Sequence record: OR670491.1
Strand: one strand, 5' to 3'
DNA: 64,000 nt
Positions within the stretch are counted from its first letter, which is position 1. Every line of letters starts with the position of its first letter. Both the position numbers and the translations under genes were made by a program. This document shows positions 57,067-64,000 of the stretch, piece by piece. The notes below the pieces were generated by a model. That model worked only from the letters and a program-made list of their open reading frames with translations. It was not told where the DNA came from and did not search any database.

Positions 57067-60000
57067 ATGAACAATTCAACAGATCACTACCAAGAACTTA
57101 GTCAAAGTACTAAGAACTATATGAGCTACATGAACGCAGAAGATTTCGCAGTCTTCCTCGGAAAATTCTGTGCAATCAATACCCTCAAAAAAAGTACCAG
57201 TACTACAAGTGTACTTATGTTGAATTGCTTTATAGAGAACATCCTTGAGGAACTTCAAAGCCCTGACGAAAGTAAACGATTCATGAACCTTTTGTTACTG
57301 GCCTCTATATGACTCAAGAACAAATTATGCAGTACTACCTATGTGCTATATCAAAAGAACATCTGAATAGCATAGGGCATCAACAAATTATACTTGCAAA
57401 TGCGAAACGTTCGGCACTTCTGCTTAACTCCATCAGAAATAACCTCATAAGGAATTTTCTGGAAGGTAACGAATCTATGCAGTACTATTTCATCTTAACA
57501 CTACTAATCGAGTACTAAATGAATAAAGAACAATTATTTCAGTACTATAAAAGTACTCTGTCCAAAGGTCTACAGGAAAGTATAGCAGTTGAGTCTGCAA
57601 TACTACAGAACCTTAATGCAGTAGAATTCACAAACAGAATCACCAGGCACGCACAAAATGCTTTACAAGGACATGAAACCTTGAGATACTATCACATCAT
57701 CGTGCTTTGTATGGAGGTATAACAGAACAAATGAATCCAGAACATCTAGAGTACTACAAGACATTCATGAACCACAAGGATCAGTACAGTTACAATACTG
57801 CTATGGGGCATTTTCGATACCATACCAAAAAAATGCAAAAGCACACACTAACACTATGGACTGTACAAGCACAACGAGACGAACTAAGATTGTGTGCTAT
57901 AATTAAAATCCTGAACATCTAAGGAATACTATGTACGAGCACAAAGAACAGTACTTAAACACTCTACCTAAAGATATACAAAGAGCATTCCCTTGTGCTC
58001 CGTGGGATTTAAACAGTAAATGGGGTTTTATTGAGTTCTATAACGATGTATGTATTGTACTGGAAAGTAAGTCCCTCTCAATGCAGTACTGTTCAATCTT
58101 GAACCTAATTTTTAAGTACTAAAACTATGCAAACATTCTATACAGATAGACTAAGCCTTAGAGATACTTTTATGTACGAAACCTTTGTTAAGTACTATAA
58201 CTTAGGTACTCCAATTACAAAGAATATTAATCTACAGCACTGCACACACTCAGCAGTACATGACCACGATCCGTACAGATACATCTTAGCCCTTTTAAGT
58301 ATATAAGGAACACTAATGAAACTCAATAATTACAGTAAACAATACCTAAAGCATTTTAAGTACCTCAAAAGCATTAAGGCTGAATCTATCACCAGCAGCT
58401 ACGTTTACAGCCCTAATGTACTAAAACAATTAAAGTACAAGAAAGAAAAAGTATCAAAGAACCTCAAAAAGTTTCTTAAGCACAAAGACGCAAAGATTCA
58501 GTACTTGAACATTAAAAACGATCATCCAGTACTAAGCCTCAATACAAGTCTAAAGAATCTGGATAACTCTTCATTTATGCTTGAGTTCAATATAAATGAA
58601 AATACTCCAGCGGTTTTTACAATTGCGTATAATAAAGCACAAATCTTTTTAGGTGCAAAAACCGCACTTAAACTCAGTAAAGCACAATTCTGTTTAGGTG
58701 ACCAGTACTACGTAGGTAGTGTACATATTGAACTCGAAAAAGATATGTACTTCGGTAGTACCCACGATAATCCAGAACATAAAGATACTATTGACTTCTT
58801 CAGGAATCTCCCTAAAGAGTATTCAGAAGATGAAATGTTCCAGTGGAGTACTATTATTAAAGACCCACATCTTTGCTACGAAGTGTATAAGAAAGTACAA
58901 GGGATTAAACAAATGATTAAAGAAAATAAAAAAATGTACCAACTCTTGCAGTTCTTAACCGGAGAAAATCTAATTGTTCAAAGACCATAAAGAGTACTAC
59001 AGAAATCAACTCCCAAAGGAATGGCAAATAACATTAGAAACTAACCTAGCACAGATATATACCCAGAAGTTTCTTGCTATGACATGGGAGCACTGCATTG
59101 AGTCAGTACTGAATTCTTCAAATGAATCACAATATCTCAATACTCTTTTACTTGTATATAAATTCTAAAAAGGAATAACAAATGCAATTCCATGAACATA
59201 TGGAGTACTACAGAAAACAACTACCAGAACCTTTATCGATGATAATCGGTTCCAGAAGTTTAATAAGTAATCCCAATTTTCATATGCGTAGTCACTATAA
59301 ATGTACTGCTTCAATTTGTAATGGAACTGCTCACAATGAACCGCACCAGCATCTATACCAAATCCTTAAACTAATATATCAGTACTAAATTATGCACGAA
59401 TATAAAGAGTACTACAAAGATAAAATCCCAAAGTTTCTACAATACCAAATACCAGATGCTGCACTAGGAATAAATGATGTGCACACCTGTACAAGATTCT
59501 ATCAATGCACTGAAAGTTTTCTGGTAGATGATTATGACCAATGCAAGGTGTACTATGTTATTTCACTAATATATAGGTACTAAATCATGCACAACGATTT
59601 CTATATACAAAAACTTATCGACGCTGGCCTGGAAAGCTTCCCGATAAATCCTGTACAAACAAAAGGATTGCACTGGTACTTCATCCCCTGTACTAAAGCA
59701 TGTATAAACCCCAGCAATTACAAGGATCTATACCACAATATATTAATACTCGCATTGAGGTACTAAATTATGCAAGAACACTTGGAGTACTACAGAAGCC
59801 ATCTCCCAAAGAAGGCACAAAGAAACTTCGACCAACAATATATAAACCAAAAGAATCAGTTCTATAATGCATTCTATTCGTCTATGAAAACTATTGCTAT
59901 ACAAGGCAAAGACCCGTACTATAGCATCCTGAACATCATCTTCAAGTACTAAAGCATGTACAGAGACTTCTATATAAGTAAACTTAATCCTGTACTACAA

Positions 60001-61022
60001 ACTCGTATTCCTCCAGCGAAATTTATCCTCAAAACAAAAGCACAAAGGTATGAGTTCAAAAAGTGTACAAAAGAAATACTCAGTACTAAAAGTAATAAGA
60101 ACATATACTATCAAGTACTCGTCCTTATATTCAAGTACTAAAGTACTAAAGGAATAAACATATGCAACACCAGCACAAATTGTACTACACGCAATTTCTT
60201 AATCAGCAACTACAACAATTTATACCTAATGAACCATTACCATATGATCATCCCCTGGGTGCACGCGTTTTCAAAAGAACTATTAATGAACTATTGAGTA
60301 CTACCGACGACGATTCCCTGTACTACTGCTTAATTAAACTTATATATAGGCACTAATATGCAACTCCTGCACAGAGAATACTACACACAATTCCTTAAAG
60401 AGAACTACAGAGATTCAGTCCCCGTAACTCCTTTTGACCCAAATAACCCAAGTTCAATCTTCCTCTTTAACGACGCAACACGTACTGCACTCTGTACTAC
60501 CAATAAACATTGGCACTACGCATTTGTACTTATACTTATATACAGACACTAAGGCACTAACATGAATGAGCACAGAGAGTACTACATAAAGAGACTTCAC
60601 CCCGACCTACGAGATACTATACCATTCGTTCCACATAATATACATGAACCCGTAGTGCAGTACTACTTTAATATAACAGTACAAGCCGCATTAAGTGAAT
60701 ATAGACTTGAGTACTTCACTGTACTAAAACTTATATATAAGTACTAACCCCTTGACATATACTCCAAGAATGATATACTACTTTCTATATAGAAACAATA
60801 CAGAGATAACATATGCACGAACATAAAGATTTCTATGTAAGCCAACTCCCCGTAATAGACCAATTCTGGTTAGCTGATGCAGCACCGTGTAATACAGATA
60901 CTAAGTACGGACAATTGTGCTTTGTTGAATCTATAAAGAAAGTACTACAACAAGATAAAACTAAGTACCGTAAAGAAAAAGACTTGTACTTTAATATAGT
61001 AGAACTTACCTTTATGTTCTAG
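57067..61022 (+). other. tandem array of about 15 paralogous 59-71 aa genes, interrupted by one FQxS-family gene
   Basis: 57309, 57519, 57707, 57931, 58127 (not in track), 58974, 59182, 59392, 59587 (not in track), 59770, 59956, 60162, 60358, 60562, 60813; consensus M.EH.EYY...L ... Y...L.LI(F/Y)(K/R)Y*; 57067-57312 more distant. Confidence 0.8.
58316..58990 (+). CDS. hypothetical protein, FQxS-motif family
   Basis: SEDEMFQWSTIIKD motif; Lys-rich N-terminus. Confidence 0.75.
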   Translation: MKLNNYSKQYLKHFKYLKSIKAESITSSYVYSPNVLKQLKYKKEKVSKNLKKFLKHKDAKIQYLNIKNDHPVLSLNTSLKNLDNSSFMLEFNINENTPAVFTIAYNKAQIFLGAKTALKLSKAQFCLGDQYYVGSVHIELEKDMYFGSTHDNPEHKDTIDFFRNLPKEYSEDEMFQWSTIIKDPHLCYEVYKKVQGIKQMIKENKKMYQLLQFLTGENLIVQRP

Positions 61023-61102
61023 TATAGAGAATAGTACAGGATACTAAGGTCTAGATGTGTTCCTAGGGAAGCATTATAACAGGCTTTAACATCTCGTAAA
61101 GA

Positions 61103-61150
61103 TGTTAAAATTCAGCCTGCTCGACGTCTGAATTGTTAAAATTCAGCCTG
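61103..61150 (+). repeat. 17-bp direct repeat pair
   Basis: TGTTAAAATTCAGCCTG at 61103 and 61134; partial inverted copies at 61085-61093 and 61180-61188. Confidence 0.85.
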
Positions 61151-61707
61151 GACAAATGCGATCACTAGGATTCTATCTAGGCTGAATCCCGTAATCACAA
61201 GTACGCATATGTAATCATATATAAACATTTCCGTGAGAAGTTTTGAGTACTGTATAGTATTAAGAATCACCGTAGGAGCACAGAATGATTAAGAATGCAC
61301 GGGAATGATTCAGAATGATTCAGTACTGATATGTCACTAAGTAGGCAGAGGAAGTCTGCCGTACTTTTTAGTTTCCAAGCTCCTTTTCCATTTTTCAAAT
61401 TACATCAAATGCAATCAAAAGTAATCACGCAATGATTAGTACTGAATTATTACTTTCACCTTAATTTCAAATACCCGTTGACCCTTCGGGGTAAAATTCC
61501 ATTACCCCTTGAGGCTCCAGCAAAAAGTTGGTTAGTACTCCATCCTAAATCTCGATCCTAAAAATTTTGGAGTACCTATGAAATAAAAGTTGGATCTTCG
61601 AAAGTTGAAATTTACGTTGGGATGATTAGGATTTGTGAACTATAATGTAGTTCAAGTTGGAGTACAGAGTGAGAACAATCTAGAGTACTGAAAGATGAAA
61701 TAACATC

Positions 61708-61735
61708 TTGACAATACAATTCAGTACTGTATAAT
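61708..61735 (+). promoter_or_regulatory. consensus promoter with no downstream ORF
   Basis: TTGACA-16-TATAAT with TCAGTACTG in the spacer, followed by the hairpin GGAACGG-CGGCAA-CTGTTCC. Confidence 0.6.
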
Positions 61736-62106
61736 GTTGTACATAGGGTGAGGGAACGGCGGCAACTGTTCCTTAATCTCAGTATCATGTCGTGAGACAT
61801 TACGCAAGTTATATCCTCCTGTGCATAGTGCTGGTGGTTATCTCTTGAACCTCATTTTTTCTCGTGAACTAAACAGTACTGATATTAACAGAATGGTAGC
61901 AGTACTGATATTAATCTAATGCATTATGCCACCAGCTTGTGCTGGTGGATTCCCTCTAACAGTATTCAGTACTACATGATGGTCTTCATCCTCCTGGGGT
62001 AACATAGTGAAGGTTATGATGGCAGTACTGAATACTCCAAACTCAAGATGGATTAAGGGTGTAGTACTGACGGATTTTGGGTGTAGTTACCCTGGATGGA
62101 TTTTGG

Positions 62107-62258
62107 ACGTAGATATGTCTAGCCCTCCAGAAGTCTGGAAGTAAAGATGGCTATCCATCTAGACGGCTAAACGGCTAGATTTCTGGATGGCTGGACGTTT
62201 GGACGGCTAAACGGCTAAACGGCTAAACGGCTAAACGTCTGGATGTATGGATGGCTAA
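62107..62258 (+). repeat. degenerate 8-bp tandem array
   Basis: ACGGCTAA x4 exact at 62203-62234; in-phase variants (ATGGCTGG, ACGTCTGG, ATGGCTAA and others) on both sides. Confidence 0.85.
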
Positions 62259-62883
62259 ATCAAAATTTTATTTTGTTTTTTCCAATAGTTCCCCTACCGC
62301 GTGGGGATAGTTTCCCCGCAGTATCTGGTGTTAGATTTTTCTGAATCTGGAATCATTATCTTATAAACTGGGGGCAATGTCAACGGCCTGGACGGATATT
62401 TTTAAAAATTTTTTCAGTACTGAATTTTGGGCGTAACTATGCACCCGGTGGGCTTGAGTCTTTCTCGACTTGATGGAACTATTATACAGTACTGAAAAAA
62501 TAAAGCAATACCCTGGAAGCAAAAAAGTTTTAATTAATTTGCTTGCTATCCTGGGCCGGACTATGGTACTATATTTCAGTACTGAGAAAGTGCGTTTACC
62601 TGCTAGGGTGCGGGAGTGTATCCTTTTTTTATATCTTGAATTTTGGACGGATCTTCCCACCCCCTGGGGTATCCGCTTTCTCGCGTCTATGTAGTAATTA
62701 TACGCTTTTTCAGGATCAAGTCAATACCTAAAAACAAAATAATTGAAAATAATTTAACGCGTTTAAACGGCCCGTAACGCCCTGGAATGATTAGAATGGT
62801 GCAAATGTATAGCTTAGGTGTATTAATGCGTTAGAATGCGTCTGAGGCCGTTTTATGGGGTGTAGTAGTGATTTGGTTGATTC

Positions 62884-63047
62884 AGTACTGAATAATAGTA
62901 CTCCTATATAGAAAGATAGTTCCCCTGGATTGATTCAGTACTGAATGATAGTACTGAATAATAGTACTCCTATATAGAAAGATAGTTCCCCTGGATTGAT
63001 TCAGTACTGAATGATAGTACTGAATAATAGTTCCCCTATATAGAAAG
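62884..63047 (+). repeat. 66-bp tandem repeat, 2.5 copies
   Basis: Units start at 62884, 62950 and 63016; each full unit has three AGTACT sites. Confidence 0.9.
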
Positions 63048-63079
63048 AAAACTATTTTAAAAGTATTTGTAGAAAGTAC

Positions 63080-63139
63080 TTGCACAGTACTGATAAAAGC
63101 GTATAATGTTTTACATCGAGAGCGGGAACTCTTCCCGCT
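63080..63139 (+). promoter_or_regulatory. early promoter with leader hairpin
   Basis: TTGCAC-16-TATAAT, then AGCGGGAA-CTC-TTCCCGCT. Confidence 0.7.
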
Positions 63140-63162
63140 ACACTTTAAGAGAGATTAATACG

Positions 63163-63525
63163 ATGGCGACTCAAATCACTAAAATCATTGCTAACCTGGT
63201 TAACTTCCGCGACGATATGAAAGATCTTCCGGCGGCAACGGTTAAAACTCACATTGACGCATACCGCGAACTGATTAAAATGCTGCCGCTTAAGCGTGAA
63301 CAATACGCCGCCACCGTGATGCTTGATGCGATGATCCATAAGATGATCGCCAGTGATTTAACGATGGCTTATCAGTATATGGGTGAATTGTTCGCGGTGT
63401 ATAGTAAACCAGTACCAGGAATGGAAAGTACAGAAGTATTACACGGTTTAAATTTAAAACAAGATGCATGGGATAATATGCCTCGTTTCCTGGTATGGGC
63501 TGACAGTGGCAAAATTTACGAATAA
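63163..63525 (+). CDS. hypothetical early protein
   Basis: ATG 63163 (MATQITK) after GAGAG; codons visibly GC-richer than upstream genes. Confidence 0.75.
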   Translation: MATQITKIIANLVNFRDDMKDLPAATVKTHIDAYRELIKMLPLKREQYAATVMLDAMIHKMIASDLTMAYQYMGELFAVYSKPVPGMESTEVLHGLNLKQDAWDNMPRFLVWADSGKIYE

Positions 63526-63538
63526 GTTAAAAATTAGT

Positions 63539-63597
63539 TTGACAGTACTGAATAAAAGCGTATAATGTTTTACATCAGGTGGGGAATAGTTCCCCAC
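63539..63597 (+). promoter_or_regulatory. early promoter with leader hairpin
   Basis: TTGACA-16-TATAAT sharing AAAAGCGTATAATGTTTTACATC with 63080; hairpin GTGGGGAA-TAG-TTCCCCAC. Confidence 0.75.
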
Positions 63598-63617
63598 TAT
63601 ATAAGAGGATTAAAAAA

Positions 63618-63857
63618 ATGGCTAAATCAAAAATGTTCTTAGGTCACAAAAATAAAACTCATTGGAATGTAAGCCTTTGGATTAATAACGATGAGGGATT
63701 GTATCGGTTGGCCCAGGACTTTATTAACGATAGCACTAATCGCAATGATGCGGCCCGTCATATGATGTTATTTTTAGAACAGACTGGACAAGATAAAACA
63801 CCGGACGGATTCAAATATAGCACTACTGCGATCCGTGCGGCAATGGTAGGAATGTAA
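63618..63857 (+). CDS. hypothetical early protein
   Basis: ATG 63618 with GAGG RBS; HKNKTHWNVSLWINNDEGLY motif. Confidence 0.75.
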   Translation: MAKSKMFLGHKNKTHWNVSLWINNDEGLYRLAQDFINDSTNRNDAARHMMLFLEQTGQDKTPDGFKYSTTAIRAAMVGM

Positions 63858-63943
63858 TAGAATATATTTAAAGTACTATCATTTTTTTGCGATAGTACTT
63901 TATAATAGTGTTTTATTCATACACCAACGATAAGGGCAACAGC

Positions 63944-64000
63944 ATGAATATTAAGTATTTTGCGACGCGTGAACAAGCTCGGATCGCCGCTCGCCAGGAC
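63944..64000 (+). CDS. hypothetical protein, 3'-truncated by window edge
   Basis: ATG after AAGGG; open to the window end. Confidence 0.45.
   Translation, partial: MNIKYFATREQARIAARQD

Noticed and set aside
62107-63047. CRISPR array or mini-array
   Set aside because: Repeats are contiguous tandem units without unique spacers; no cas genes in the window.
61612-63085. ORF-track ORFs in the non-coding region (61612, 62361, 62470, 62543, 62882)
   Set aside because: Low-complexity translations of AGTACT-rich repeats; no RBS.

Overview
A 64-kb segment of an AT-rich (about one-third GC by eye) lytic jumbo-phage genome. The gene content (RCC1-like 'MLPF' gene array, sigma-70-like factor, DenV, TAAATA late-type promoters, host sigma-70 early promoters) resembles the RaK2/GAP32/CBB/121Q-type enterobacterial myophages; this placement is inferred, with no database search. 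Layout: 1-6.7 kb is a tRNA cluster (Ser-ACU, three CAU tRNAs of which one is decayed, a decayed Cys, two Thr-UGU) with structured non-coding segments, an HNH endonuclease and an inverted beta-helix gene. 6.7-45.7 kb is a dense + strand accessory region of small genes, including a PD-(D/E)XK nuclease, an HslV-like peptidase next to a divergent sigma factor, a minimal kinase-like protein, DenV, a homing endonuclease and an AAA+ ATPase. 45.7-57.0 kb is a tandem array of nine RCC1/BLIP-II-like genes on the - strand. 57.0-61.0 kb is a tandem array of about 15 roughly 60-aa paralogs. 61.0-63.1 kb is gene-free and repeat-rich (possible genome end or origin), followed by strong early-type promoters. 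The main unexplained signals are the strong over-representation of the palindrome AGTACT (with nested extensions up to 16 bp), four independent gene-family expansions, a repeated fused terminator-promoter cassette, atypical tRNAs and several candidate structured RNAs. No CRISPR array, rRNA or integrase was seen.
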